The notes under the pieces were generated by a model that worked only from the letters and a program-made list of their open reading frames with translations, was not told where the DNA came from and searched no databases. The position numbers were made by a program, and so were the translations under genes. Below are positions 25,695 to 35,741 of a stretch of DNA of 64,000 bases, piece by piece. The DNA is from an uncultured Verrucomicrobiota bacterium. GTDB taxonomy: Bacteria > Verrucomicrobiota > Verrucomicrobiia > Limisphaerales > UBA9464. Each line of letters begins with the position of its first letter. The stretch's first letter is position 1. The stretch lies in the NCBI GenBank assembly GCA_903916195.1, contig CAIWVP010000111.1, positions 2,530 to 66,529 on the forward strand. The letters are read 5' to 3'.

Positions 25695-27908
25695 TCAACC
25701 GGTGCGGCCGAACTTCTTCTCCAGCTCGCGCCAGTTCATCTCGATGAGCGTGGGACGACCGTGCGGACAGGTGTAGGGCATGGTGCAACGGCGGAGGTCG
25801 TTCACCAGGTTCTCGAGCTCCGGTCCGCGCAACGGGTCGTTGGCCTTCACCGCGTGGCGGCAGACCGTCTTCGCGACGACGTCCTCGCCGAGCCGAGCGT
25901 TGTTGACGCCTTCGCCGGCCGACTTCAGCGCGTCGATCAGCTCGAAGACGAACTGCTTGGGGTTGCCCGCCTTCACGAAGGGCGGCAGCGCGTCGAGCAG
26001 GAAGGTGCGTTCTCCGAACTCGCTCAGGCCGACGCCGAGGCGCGTCAGCGTCGCGAGGTTCCGCCGCACGAAATCGGCGTCGCGCGGCGTGAGTTCGACG
26101 GTCTCGGGCAGCAACAGGCGTTGCGACGGCGCCTGCTGCGCGGTCTCGATGCGCGCGAGCATCTGCTCGAAGAGGATCCGCTCGTGCGCCGCATGTTGGT
26201 CGAGCAGGACCAGTCCGCGGTCGGATTCCAGCACCACGTAGAGCCGTCCCACCACCCCGACGAGGCGCAGAGGAACGTGGAGCAGCGGGACGGGGGCACC
26301 GCCTGAAGGCGGGTGAGCCAGCGGGCCAGCAGACCAATGGGCCAGGGGGGCGGTGGCCGTGCTTGGAGCAGGCTGGGTGCTGGATGGCGGGGAGAAGGCG
26401 GAGGAACCCGGAACAGTCGGGAACGCGGACAGGGCGGCGGCGGTGGGCGGAACATCGTCTGCCGCCGTGGGATGAAGGGGGCTCAGCGATCTGGGTTTGA
26501 GGGAGAGAGGAAGCGCGGTCTGCGCCGGTGGCGCTTCCGATGGCGGAGCGAAGTGGAAGCCCGGTGCATGTCCGCTCCCTCCCAGGCCCTCTCCTCCAGG
26601 AGAGCGGGAACCAGAAGTGAGCGCCGCGAGATCCGGCGACGCCGAGGCCGGGCCTCCCTCCGAAAGGCTGGATGCATCGGACGTGGCGTGTCGCGCGGGT
26701 GCATTCTCCTCCGCCCCTGTTCCCACCTGCCCACCGAATCCCCGGCCACCGCCCGCGGTGCCGTGGAAGGCCAGCAGCGTGTCGCGCACGGCCTTCGCGA
26801 CGAGGCGGCGGACGGCCTGCTCCTCACGGAACTTCACCTCGCGCTTCTGCGGATGGACGTTGACGTCCACGGCGGCGGGATCGATCTCGAGGAAGAGGCA
26901 GCAGACCGGATAACGGCCGCGCATCAGGGCGGTGTGGTAGCCTTCTAGGAGCGCGAAATTGAGGCCGCGGTTGTCCACCGGCCGTTGGTTGACGAAGAGA
27001 TGCTGTTCGTCGCGGGTGCCGCGCGAGACGCCCGGCGCACCGATGAACCCCCACAGGCGGAAACGCGAGGTGGGCGGCGCGTCGCCGGGCGGGATCCCTG
27101 GGTCCGGGTTCCCGAGCCGGAAGCTGGATCCACCGGCGCCCGGACCATGGACCTCGGACAGCGGACCATGGATCTCCTCCCGCGCTTCTTCGACCTCGGC
27201 CGCGAGATCCACCGGCAACAAAGGGACGTCCGCGCCGTGGAGCTGGCGGAGCCGTTCGCGGAGCGCGGCGAAGCGGCCGGCGGGATCCGTCCAGGCCACG
27301 GGCGGCAGCTGCCAGGACGTCCGGCCGTCGTTCACAAATGCGAACCCGACCTGGGGGAACGCGAGCGCGACGAGCGTGAGATAGTGGGCGATGTGGGCGC
27401 GCTCGGTGTCCTCGCCGCGGAGGAACTTGCGGCGGGCGGGCAGGTTGAAGAAGAGCTGGCGGACCTCCACCGAGGTGCCGGACGGCGACGCGGCGGCCTT
27501 CACCTCGATGATCTTGCCGCCGTTGATGACCACTTGCGTGGCCTCGCCCGAGGTGTCGTCGCGTTCCCTCGTGGTGAGGGTGAAGCGGCTCACGCTGGCG
27601 ATGCTCGGGATGGCCTCGCCGCGGAAACCCATCGTCGCGATGGAGGCGAGGTCCTCGGCGCGCCGGATCTTCGAGGTGGCGTGGCGTTCGAGGCAGAGCA
27701 GCGCGTCGTCGCGGCTCATTCCGGTCCCGTCGTCGGTGACGCGGATGAGGCTGCGTCCGCCGGCGCCGATCTCGACGGAGATGCGCGTCGGTCCGGCGTC
27801 GAGCGAGTTCTCGACCAGCTCCTTCACCACGCTGGCCGGACGCTCCACGACCTCGCCCGCCGCGATCTGGTTCGCGACGTGTTCCGGGAGGAGGCGGATG
27901 CGGTTCAC
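25695..27908 (-). CDS. mutL: DNA mismatch repair protein MutL
   Basis: VANQIAAGEVVERPASVVKELVENSLDAG is the GHKL ATPase motif. It has a long Pro/Ala/Ser/Gly-rich linker and a C-terminal dimerisation domain. The start was placed at the GTG at 27908 (VNRIRLLPEH); the upstream ATG at 28103 is possible. Confidence 0.85.
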   Translation of the reverse strand: MNRIRLLPEHVANQIAAGEVVERPASVVKELVENSLDAGPTRISVEIGAGGRSLIRVTDDGTGMSRDDALLCLERHATSKIRRAEDLASIATMGFRGEAIPSIASVSRFTLTTRERDDTSGEATQVVINGGKIIEVKAAASPSGTSVEVRQLFFNLPARRKFLRGEDTERAHIAHYLTLVALAFPQVGFAFVNDGRTSWQLPPVAWTDPAGRFAALRERLRQLHGADVPLLPVDLAAEVEEAREEIHGPLSEVHGPGAGGSSFRLGNPDPGIPPGDAPPTSRFRLWGFIGAPGVSRGTRDEQHLFVNQRPVDNRGLNFALLEGYHTALMRGRYPVCCLFLEIDPAAVDVNVHPQKREVKFREEQAVRRLVAKAVRDTLLAFHGTAGGGRGFGGQVGTGAEENAPARHATSDASSLSEGGPASASPDLAALTSGSRSPGGEGLGGSGHAPGFHFAPPSEAPPAQTALPLSLKPRSLSPLHPTAADDVPPTAAALSAFPTVPGSSAFSPPSSTQPAPSTATAPLAHWSAGPLAHPPSGGAPVPLLHVPLRLVGVVGRLYVVLESDRGLVLLDQHAAHERILFEQMLARIETAQQAPSQRLLLPETVELTPRDADFVRRNLATLTRLGVGLSEFGERTFLLDALPPFVKAGNPKQFVFELIDALKSAGEGVNNARLGEDVVAKTVCRHAVKANDPLRGPELENLVNDLRRCTMPYTCPHGRPTLIEMNWRELEKKFGRTG

Positions 27909-28159
27909 GGGGGCATCGTAGTCCGCCGCCCGAGGCGCGTGGAAGCGCGGTTTGGCGGGCGCCGTGCGGTCCGAAGCGGTGACGTCGCTCTGCGAGCTGC
28001 CGTATCGCCGGGTCGAGGTCGGCAGGTTGCGGGGGAGGCCGACGGGTCCGGACACGGGTGGCATCCGGCGGACCGGGAAATCCGCGCTCCCGACGAAGCG
28101 CAACTTGGCGCGGTGTTCCGGTTTGTGCGGGACCCATCCATCCGCTACCCACAGCCGCC

Positions 28160-29962
28160 ATGTCGCGCCACATCCATGCCCTGCCTGCCGATCCCTCGAT
28201 GAAGGTGCGGAAGCGCTCGACGTGGGAGGTCGTCCGGCGGGTCGCGACGTACCTTCGTCCGTATCCGTGGATGGCCGTCGGCACCATCGCGTGCGCGGTG
28301 GTCTCGCAAGCGGCGGCGATGGCGTATCCGAAGCTCACGCGGCTGGTGATCGACGAGGTGATCGGCGCGAAGCGGGCGGAGCTGTTGACGCCGGTGATGC
28401 TCGGGCTGCTCGGGGCCTTCGTGGTGCGCGATGTCTTCAACGCCGTCCGCATCCGGCTCAACAACACGTTCGAGCAGGACGTCATCTACGACATCCGCCG
28501 CGAGGTGTACGGACGGCTCCAGCGGTTGCCGCAGCGGTGGTTCGACCAGCGGGCATCGGGCGACCTGATGACGCGCGTGCTGGAGGACGTGAACGCGATG
28601 GAACGGTTGCTCATCGACGGCACCGAGCAGGGCGTCGTGGCGTTGCTGGCGATCGTCGGCGTGGCGACGTTGCTGTTCTTGAACAACCCGCTGCTGGCCG
28701 GGGTTGCGTTGTTGCCGCTGCCGGTCCTCGCGGGCGGCGCGCTATGGTACACGCTCACCGCGCACACCCGCTACCGCGCCCAACGCGAGGCGAGCTCGGC
28801 GATGAACGCCCTGCTGATGGACAACCTCCAGGGCGTCCGGCAGATCAAGTCCTTCGGTCGCGAGCCTCACGAGGACGAGCGGTTCGCGGCGCGCGCGGAC
28901 GCTTTGCGGCGCGGTTCGTTGACGGTGATGAAGGTGTGGGCGGTCTACAACCCGGTGATGACCTGGGCGGCCGCGGCCGGTGTCGTGGCGGTGTTGTGGG
29001 TCGGCGGACGGCTCGTCCTCCAAGGCGCTCTTCAGGTGGGTCAGCTCGTGGAGTTCGTCCTCTATCTCGGTCTCTTCTACGACCCGATCGGCCGCCTGCA
29101 CACGCTCAACCAGATGCTCCAGAGCGCCCGGGCCGCGGGTGAACGCGTCTTCGACATCCTCGACGCGCCGGAGGAGCCGGGGGTCGTCCCGCCCGCGGGC
29201 GGATGGAAGCGTTGCCGCGGCGAGGTCGTCTTCGACGGCGTCTGCGCGGATTACGGCGACGAGCGGCTCGCGCTGATGGACATCTCGTTCCGCGCCGCGC
29301 CGGGCGAGATGATCGCGTTGGTCGGGCCGACCGGTGCCGGCAAATCGACCTTGGTGAACCTGCTCCCGCGGTTCTACGAGCGGTCGGCCGGCCGGATCCT
29401 GGTCGACGGGCGCGATGTCCGGGATCTTCCGTTGGCCGAGCTGCGGACCCAGGTCGCGGTGGTCAGCCAAGAGCCGTTCCTGTTCAACGGAACCATCCGC
29501 GAGAACATCCAGTACGGGCGGCTCGACGCGTCGGATGCCGATCTGGTGCAGGCGGCGCGCGCGGCGAACTGCCACGACTTCATCGCCGCTTTGCCGCAGG
29601 GCTACGATACCCGCGTCGGCGAACGCGGCGTGCGTCTGAGCGTCGGCGAGAAACAACGGATCAGCATCGCCCGCGCGCTGCTGAAGGACGCGCCCATCCT
29701 CGTGCTCGACGAGGCCACCGCGAGCGTGGACACCGCGACGGAACGGCTGATCCAAGAGGCGCTGGACCGGTTGATGGCCGGCCGGACCAGCTTCGTGGTG
29801 GCCCACCGTCTGAGCACCATCCAACACGCGGACCAGATCCTGGTGCTCCGGCACGGACAGGTGGTGGAGCGCGGCACGGATCCGGAACTCGTGGCCGCGG
29901 GCGGTCTGTACGCCCGGTTGCTGCAAGCGCAGAGCGCGGCGACGGCGGTGGAGGTCGGCTGA
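28160..29962 (+). CDS. ABC exporter, fused permease/ATPase (MsbA-like)
   Basis: Six-helix TMD followed by Walker A GPTGAGKST, signature LSVGEKQR and Walker B ILVLDEATS. An alternative start is at 28199. Confidence 0.85.
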   Translation: MSRHIHALPADPSMKVRKRSTWEVVRRVATYLRPYPWMAVGTIACAVVSQAAAMAYPKLTRLVIDEVIGAKRAELLTPVMLGLLGAFVVRDVFNAVRIRLNNTFEQDVIYDIRREVYGRLQRLPQRWFDQRASGDLMTRVLEDVNAMERLLIDGTEQGVVALLAIVGVATLLFLNNPLLAGVALLPLPVLAGGALWYTLTAHTRYRAQREASSAMNALLMDNLQGVRQIKSFGREPHEDERFAARADALRRGSLTVMKVWAVYNPVMTWAAAAGVVAVLWVGGRLVLQGALQVGQLVEFVLYLGLFYDPIGRLHTLNQMLQSARAAGERVFDILDAPEEPGVVPPAGGWKRCRGEVVFDGVCADYGDERLALMDISFRAAPGEMIALVGPTGAGKSTLVNLLPRFYERSAGRILVDGRDVRDLPLAELRTQVAVVSQEPFLFNGTIRENIQYGRLDASDADLVQAARAANCHDFIAALPQGYDTRVGERGVRLSVGEKQRISIARALLKDAPILVLDEATASVDTATERLIQEALDRLMAGRTSFVVAHRLSTIQHADQILVLRHGQVVERGTDPELVAAGGLYARLLQAQSAATAVEVG

Positions 29963-30031
29963 ACGCGGAGCAGGGGTGCAGGTCGACCGGATCCTCCTCC
30001 GTCGCCGACAACTGGGAAGCCGGACGACGGT

Positions 30032-30889
30032 TCAGGCGAACAGGCCGGCCGGATCCGCGGACACGGACAGCGCGCGCCCGCCGGTCTGGACCTCCTCGAC
30101 CTTGCCGTCGCGCCAGGCGCGGAGGCGATAGAGCGTCGCGAAGCCGAAATCCGGCGCGGCGCCGCCTTGGCCACCGACGAGCTCGCTGCCGCGGCGGACG
30201 TTGTCCTGCATCCAAGCCGGCAGGAGCAGGTGGAAGGGGTTCCGCCGGACTTCACCGATGTGGAACGACACGCCGGCCACCTGGTCGGCGACGTCCTGCT
30301 CGCTCGCCTCGACCATCAGGTTGGGCTTCGTCATCTGGCCCCAGTACTCGGTCTCGACGAGGAAGGTGGCGAAGCCGGCCGGTAGGGTCGCGAGCGCGTC
30401 CATCACGAGATGGTGGGTGCCGATGTGAGTGCCGTTCCAGTCGTGCTCGTGGGGGAAGAAGATCGCGCGCGGCCGGTGCGACGCGAGGATCCCGGCGATG
30501 GTCCGGACCATGCCCTGCCAATGGGCCGGGTCTTCGGCGCGGCACTTGGGCGTGACCTTCTCCAATCCTTCGGGCGCGGTCTGGACGAGCCCGAAGCCGA
30601 GATAGCGGCAGGCTTCCTGGAGCTCCGCGAGACGGCCGGCTTGGCGGGCGCGGTTGCTCCCTTGGGTGACGGCGACGTTGACCACGTCCCATGCGGCCTC
30701 GCGGCGCAACCGGAGCGGCAGGTTGCCGATGAGGCCCTCGTCGTCGGGGTGCGGGGAGAAGATGAGCGCGGTCGGCGCGCCGGCGCCGACGGGCGGGTTG
30801 GCGGCGGGCGGGAAACCGCCGAGCGGAAGGGCTTTGCCGTCGCGGAACTGGCGGGCGTAGGTGGCGACAAGGCTCGCGTAAGGATTCAT
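30032..30889 (-). CDS. PIG-L/LmbE family N-acetylglucosaminyl deacetylase
   Basis: ALIFSPHPDDEGL is the PIG-L metal-binding motif. A downstream HxxH-type region HEHDWNGTH is also present. Confidence 0.8.
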   Translation of the reverse strand: MNPYASLVATYARQFRDGKALPLGGFPPAANPPVGAGAPTALIFSPHPDDEGLIGNLPLRLRREAAWDVVNVAVTQGSNRARQAGRLAELQEACRYLGFGLVQTAPEGLEKVTPKCRAEDPAHWQGMVRTIAGILASHRPRAIFFPHEHDWNGTHIGTHHLVMDALATLPAGFATFLVETEYWGQMTKPNLMVEASEQDVADQVAGVSFHIGEVRRNPFHLLLPAWMQDNVRRGSELVGGQGGAAPDFGFATLYRLRAWRDGKVEEVQTGGRALSVSADPAGLFA

Positions 30890-31083
30890 CGTTGCGTGGT
30901 CGGTTGTGCCAACCCGGGCACGGGGTGGGCAAGCTCCTTCCCCCGACCTTCCCCCGATGCGGCCCCCTGCGAGGGAGGGGGGCGGGTCATCGTCGGGGTC
31001 CGGCGACCTGCCTGCCGGTGATCCGATGAAACGGGGTCGAACGGCCGCTTGAAATCCGGTGCGGGAGCCCCCAGTTTTTCTCG

Positions 31084-31410
31084 ATGCCTGTCCCCGCTGA
31101 TTTCAAGAACGTCACCGCTGTCGCCAAGGCCAACGTCTATTTCGACGGCCGCGTCGTCTCCCACACCCTCTTGTTCCCCGACGGATCGAAGAAGACGCTC
31201 GGGCTGATCTATCCGGGCAAGTTCCATTTCGGCACCGACCAGGCCGAGCGCATGGAGATCGTCGCCGGCGACTGTTCAGTGAAGCTCGACGGGGCCTCCG
31301 AGGTCACCGTCCACGGTGCAGGCCAGCATTTCGATGTCGCCGCGAGATCCGGCTTCGATATCGAGGTCACCTCCGGCATCTGCGAATACATCTGCTCCTT
31401 CATCGTTTGA
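31084..31410 (+). CDS. ppnP: Pyrimidine/purine nucleoside phosphorylase PpnP (DUF1255/UPF0345)
   Basis: 108 aa. ANVYFDGRVVSHTL...YPGKFHFGT...ERMEIVAG...YICSF matches the PpnP cupin family end to end. Confidence 0.85.
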   Translation: MPVPADFKNVTAVAKANVYFDGRVVSHTLLFPDGSKKTLGLIYPGKFHFGTDQAERMEIVAGDCSVKLDGASEVTVHGAGQHFDVAARSGFDIEVTSGICEYICSFIV

Positions 31411-31469
31411 TCCGCCGGCCTGCGCCGGTCTTGTCCCGCACCGTCCCCCCCTTTGATCCCCCGCCCCGC

Positions 31470-32423
31470 ATGAACCGCCGCTCGTTCCTCCTCGCCGCGT
31501 CCACGTTGCCTGTCATCGTGCAGGCCGCGGGATCCAAGAGCTACACCTTCGGCCTCGTCGCCAAGTCGCAGGGCAACGCCGTCTTCCAGGTCGCGCGCGT
31601 CGGGGCCGAGGACGCCGCACGCGAGCTCGGCGCGAAGCACGGGCTGCGCATCAAGGTCGATTGGCGCACGCCGAACGAAGAGGACGCCCAGAAGCAGGCG
31701 GAGGCCATCGAACAGCTGGTGCTCGCGGGCGCCGATGGCATCGCCATCAGCTGCAGCGACGCGAACAAGGTGACCGATGCCATCGACAAGGCCGTGAAGG
31801 GCGGCGTGCCGGTGTGCACCTTCGACAGCGATGCGCCGGCCTCGAAACGCTTCATCAACTACGGCGTGGACGACCTCGAATGCGGCCGGCAGGTCATCGC
31901 CGAGCTGGCCAAGGTCATGGGCGGCAAGGGCGTCGTCGCCATCCTCGCCGGCAACCAGAACGCCCCGAATCTGCAGAAGCGGTCGCAGGGCGTCCGCGAA
32001 GGCGCGAAGGCGTTCCCCGGGATCCGCATCCGCGACACCTACTACCACAAGGAGACGCCGCAGGACGCCGCGGCCCGCGTCGAGCAGGTGATGCAGGCGG
32101 CCCCCGAGGTCACTGGATGGGCGATGATCGGCGGATGGCCGTTGTTCACCGAGCACGCGCTCAAGTGGGCGCCCGGCTCCGTGAAATGCGTCAGCGTCGA
32201 CGCCTTGCCGGCCCAGCTTGCCTATCTCCGCAGCGGGCACGTGCAGAAGCTGCTCGCCCAGCAATGCCACGCCTGGGGCCACCGCTCCATCGAGCTGCTG
32301 CTCGACAAGGTCCACTTCAAGAAGAGCCCGCCCTCGGTCAAGGAGGTCAGCCCGTTGGTGCCTGTCGATCGGGACAACGTGGATGCCTACGCGAAGAATT
32401 GGGAGAAGTGGCTCCCGAAGTGA
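31470..32423 (+). CDS. Periplasmic sugar-binding protein (type I PBP, RbsB/LsrB-like), orphan
   Basis: Signal MNRRSFLLAASTLPVIVQA. KSQGNAVFQ, AIEQLVLAGADGIAIS and the VVAILAG blocks are present. No ABC permease or ATPase gene is adjacent. Confidence 0.8.
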   Translation: MNRRSFLLAASTLPVIVQAAGSKSYTFGLVAKSQGNAVFQVARVGAEDAARELGAKHGLRIKVDWRTPNEEDAQKQAEAIEQLVLAGADGIAISCSDANKVTDAIDKAVKGGVPVCTFDSDAPASKRFINYGVDDLECGRQVIAELAKVMGGKGVVAILAGNQNAPNLQKRSQGVREGAKAFPGIRIRDTYYHKETPQDAAARVEQVMQAAPEVTGWAMIGGWPLFTEHALKWAPGSVKCVSVDALPAQLAYLRSGHVQKLLAQQCHAWGHRSIELLLDKVHFKKSPPSVKEVSPLVPVDRDNVDAYAKNWEKWLPK

Positions 32424-32438
32424 CCCGCGGGATCCGGC

Positions 32439-33980
32439 TCACCAGCCGAGTCCCATCGCGGTCAGCCGCTCCTGCAGGCGCGGCAGGTTCCACTCCTGCA
32501 CTCCGCCGTCCTCGAGATGGATGTGCACCCACGCGCCGTTCGGCGAGCGGGCGAAGCCCTTGGTCCCGCCGGCGGACGGCAAGCGGAACGTCACGTTGGT
32601 CGACGCCGACAACCAGATCCCGGCCGCGTCGCGCCGCAGTCCAGGGGCGTTGTCGGCTGCGGGAAGCGCTTTGAGGGTGGTCGGCAAGAAGCGGACGACG
32701 TCGCGCGGGCTGGCGAATTCCCAGAGCGTCGCGCGGGTCTGGCCCGGCGCGTAGACCGCGAGCTGGCGACCGGTCGGCGACAGGTCGACCCGCCCGGCCG
32801 GCGTCTTGACCGCGGCCAGCGGTCGGCGTGACGGCACGTCCCAGAGCTGGACCCGGCCGTCCAACCGGGCCACGGCGAGCACCCGGTCGGATTCGTCGAG
32901 CGAGAGGCTGGTCGCGCCGGACAGACCGTCCGCGAACCGCTGCACCTGTTCGGTGACGGTGTCCGCGACCCAGACACCGGTCCGCGTCGCGCAGACCACC
33001 CGTCGCGCATCGCCGAACCATGCCATCGCTGTGGGCGTCCCTTCCAAAGGCAGGTGGACCGAGACCTTGCCGAGGCCGAGGTCGACGATGGCGAGCCCCG
33101 GCGGTTCCTCGATGAGCACGGCGAGGCGCGTCTCGCTCGGCGACCACGCGAACGGCCCGGTCCTGCCAGGAAGCTCGATGAAGCGCTTCTGTCCCATGTC
33201 CACCGTGGGCGACAGCGCGATGAAGCGTTCCGCGTCGGCGTGGCCGCCGTAGGTGTAACCGGCCAGGGTTCCTGCGCCGTTGAAGGCCGCGTGGCTCATG
33301 CTGTGCGCGCGACCGGGCCAGGACCAGGCGCCGGGGTCCGGGTCGCAGCGACGGAATCGCAGCGCACCGGTCTGGTCGACCATCGACAGCCAGCGTCCGC
33401 GGGCGCTGAAGCCGAGGAACTGGGCGAGCGGTCCTACCTCCATCTCGTGCCGGAAGAGCTCCGCGTGGTCCTTCAACGAACGGAAGACGACGACGCCCTC
33501 CGGCGTGGCCGCGACGTAGCGTTCGCGAGGCAGGTCGATCAGCAGCGGTGCCGGCGGGCCGGGGGGATTGAACGGCAGCGGTCGCAGGTCGGCGGTGCCG
33601 AGCGCGAGGACCGCTTCTTGGCGGAGCTCGGCGACGGGCCCGCCGGCCGCGGCCTTCGCCAAGAGACCGAGGGCGGTCGTCCGCCATCCGGGCATGGCGC
33701 CTTCGCGGAGAAGTCGTGCTTGGGCGAGCAGATCGGCCGCTGTCGGCGTCCGGTCCGGCACCACGACCGTGGTCTGTTGCGGCGACGCGGTCGGTCGGCG
33801 CAAGAAGAAGCCCGTCGCGGCGAGGACCAGCACCACGGCTACAGCCGGGATCAGCCTTCGCAGGCCGAAGGCTTGGTTCAATTCGAGGAGGGTCCGCAAA
33901 AGTCTTCGCTGGGAGCACAACACATCCGTCCCACCGATTTGAACGCTGAAATCGCGGGGTCCTGCTCCTCCGACCGGCAA
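32439..33980 (-). CDS. Single-pass membrane protein with beta-propeller (WD40-like) ectodomain; presumed partner of the upstream decayed sigma gene
   Basis: TM helix LIPAVAVVLVLAATGFFL is followed by repetitive beta-strand blocks ending ...VQLWDV, ...ATLWEF, ...VQEWNL. It starts 19 nt after the sigma pseudogene stop. Confidence 0.65.
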   Translation of the reverse strand: MPVGGAGPRDFSVQIGGTDVLCSQRRLLRTLLELNQAFGLRRLIPAVAVVLVLAATGFFLRRPTASPQQTTVVVPDRTPTAADLLAQARLLREGAMPGWRTTALGLLAKAAAGGPVAELRQEAVLALGTADLRPLPFNPPGPPAPLLIDLPRERYVAATPEGVVVFRSLKDHAELFRHEMEVGPLAQFLGFSARGRWLSMVDQTGALRFRRCDPDPGAWSWPGRAHSMSHAAFNGAGTLAGYTYGGHADAERFIALSPTVDMGQKRFIELPGRTGPFAWSPSETRLAVLIEEPPGLAIVDLGLGKVSVHLPLEGTPTAMAWFGDARRVVCATRTGVWVADTVTEQVQRFADGLSGATSLSLDESDRVLAVARLDGRVQLWDVPSRRPLAAVKTPAGRVDLSPTGRQLAVYAPGQTRATLWEFASPRDVVRFLPTTLKALPAADNAPGLRRDAAGIWLSASTNVTFRLPSAGGTKGFARSPNGAWVHIHLEDGGVQEWNLPRLQERLTAMGLGW

Positions 33981-33999
33981 GGGGACCGCCTTGCGATGC

Positions 34000-34660
34000 T
34001 CAGGGCAGCTGCGCCGAGAGCCGTCCCAGATCTTTTCGGAGCCCGCTCCCGAGGCGATGCCGCGCGAGGTCGACCTGCATCCGGCCTACCCCGAGGGCCT
34101 CGGCGACCTTGGCGACCTTGGCGACCGGCCAATCTTGCAGGACGTGGAGAACGAACATCTGGAACTGCTTGGGCTTCACGCGGTGCTTCAGCCGCTCGAT
34201 CGCGCTGGCCCGGAGGTGGCTTTGTCATTCCTTTTCCCAGAGGCCGGCCAGCTCGCGGTCCTGGGCATCGGACAGGCCGGCGGTCTTTGCCTCGACCGCC
34301 GGGTCGTCGGGGTCGGCCCGGTGGCCTTCGCCGTCGCGGTACCGCTTCCGCAGCGCATCGGCGATCCGTCGCTTGGTGATCTGGAGCAGCCAGCCCTTAG
34401 ACGTGCCCTGCGTCCGGTCGTGGCGGAAACCGGGCATCCGCTTGGTCACGGTGATGATCGGTCTCCTCCACGACGTGCAGGGCCGACGCTTCGTCGAGGC
34501 CCGCCTTCGACGCCGTGTCGCAGATGAGCCGTCAGCAGGTCTCGAAGAACTCGCACCCGCTGTCCTGAGCATCCCACGACCGGAGCCGGGAGAGCAGGCT
34601 CTGGCGGGTCGGGAGGAGATCTTCGTCGCCGCGGGATCCGGTGTGCATCTCTCCTTTCAT
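34000..34660 (-). pseudogene. ECF sigma-70 family factor, disrupted by two in-frame TGA codons and one +1 frameshift
   Basis: The conceptual product is MKGEMHTGSRGDEDLLPTRQSLLSRLRSWDAQDSGCEFFETC*RLICDTASKAGLDEASALHVVEET/IITVTKRMPGFRHDRTQGTSKGWLLQITKRRIADALRKR...LAGLWEKE*QSHLRASAIERLKHRVKPKQFQMFVLHVLQDWPVAKVAKVAEALGV... The stops are at 34532-34534 and 34225-34227, and there is an extra G near 34459. Confidence 0.7.
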
Positions 34661-34784
34661 CCGCGCGCGAGGTGCCGGGATCTTCACCGGATCTGGCGTC
34701 GGCGGTCCCGGCCGCGGCAAACTTCCACTTGCGGTCGTTGGCCTCGGCGATTCTCTTCCCCCGACTTTCGCCGCTCGGCACGAT

Positions 34785-35741
34785 ATGGACGAACTCCGCA
34801 AACTGGTGGATAGCCTGCCGCACAAGCCGCTCTTCGGCGTGGCGCTGCTGGCTTGGCTCGCGCTGTTCCATCTTCTGGGCAACGCGAACTTCGGGTACGT
34901 CGATTCACCGTCGCTCTTCGGGTGGCTCTATCCGCTCTACCAGAACAACCCCGACGACGGCCTCGGGATGATGGTGCCGTTCGTGAGCCTGATGCTGTTG
35001 TGGATCCGGCGCGACCAGCTGGTGCCGCTGCCGAAGGACACCTGGTCGCCGGCCTTGGGCCTGGTCGCCGCGGGGCTTGTGCTGCACCTGCTCGGCTACC
35101 AGGTGCAGCAGGCGCGCCTGTCGTTGGTCGGTTTCTTGACCGGGCTCTACGGCTTGACCGGGCTCTTCTGGGGGCGCGCATGGATGCGGGCCTCGGTGTT
35201 CCCCTTCGCGCTGCTGCTGTTCTGCATCCCGGTCACCGCCTACCTCAACGGGGTCACGTTCTATCTCCGGTTGCTTGTGGCGCAATTGGCGACGGGCTTC
35301 TGCACCGAGGTGCTCCACATGCGGCTGCTCCGGGAAGGCACCGCGGTGTACAGCGTGCTGCCCGACGGCACGCGCGGGTTCCAGTTCGAGGTCGAGGCGG
35401 CCTGCAGCGGCATCCGCAGCCTGACGGCGGTGTTGCTGCTCACGTTGGTCCACGGCTGGTTGACGCTGCGGTCCGGATGGCGCCGGGCGCTGTTGGTCGT
35501 GTCGGCGCCGGTCTTCGCCGTGCTGGGCAACCTGTTCCGGTTGGTCGTGGTCTTCGTCGTCGGCGAATCGTTCGGCGAGAAGGCCGGCGCGGCCATCGAG
35601 AACAAATTCGGTTTCATCACCTTCATCGTGGCGCTCGGCGGCGTGGTCCTGTTCGGCCGTTGGCTCCAGGAGAAGTCCGCCGTTCCCGCGCCGGTCGCGG
35701 CCGGCGCCCTCCCGCCGTCCACGCCCGCAGAAACCGCATGA
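34785..35741 (+). CDS. Exosortase (EpsH/Xrt family) transpeptidase, copy 1
   Basis: Polytopic membrane protein with the catalytic-Cys motif EAACSGIRS and the conserved Arg in GNLFRLV. The start is at the ATG at 34785 (MDELRKL). Confidence 0.85.
   Translation: MDELRKLVDSLPHKPLFGVALLAWLALFHLLGNANFGYVDSPSLFGWLYPLYQNNPDDGLGMMVPFVSLMLLWIRRDQLVPLPKDTWSPALGLVAAGLVLHLLGYQVQQARLSLVGFLTGLYGLTGLFWGRAWMRASVFPFALLLFCIPVTAYLNGVTFYLRLLVAQLATGFCTEVLHMRLLREGTAVYSVLPDGTRGFQFEVEAACSGIRSLTAVLLLTLVHGWLTLRSGWRRALLVVSAPVFAVLGNLFRLVVVFVVGESFGEKAGAAIENKFGFITFIVALGGVVLFGRWLQEKSAVPAPVAAGALPPSTPAETA

Noticed and set aside
34225-34534. TGA reassigned to Trp (or selenocysteine) to explain the two in-frame TGAs in the sigma gene
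   Set aside because: TGA terminates many well-supported genes in this window (for example 8873-8875, 23579-23581 and 35739-35741). No SECIS-like context was evident, and the same gene also carries a frameshift. A pseudogene or sequencing error is more parsimonious.
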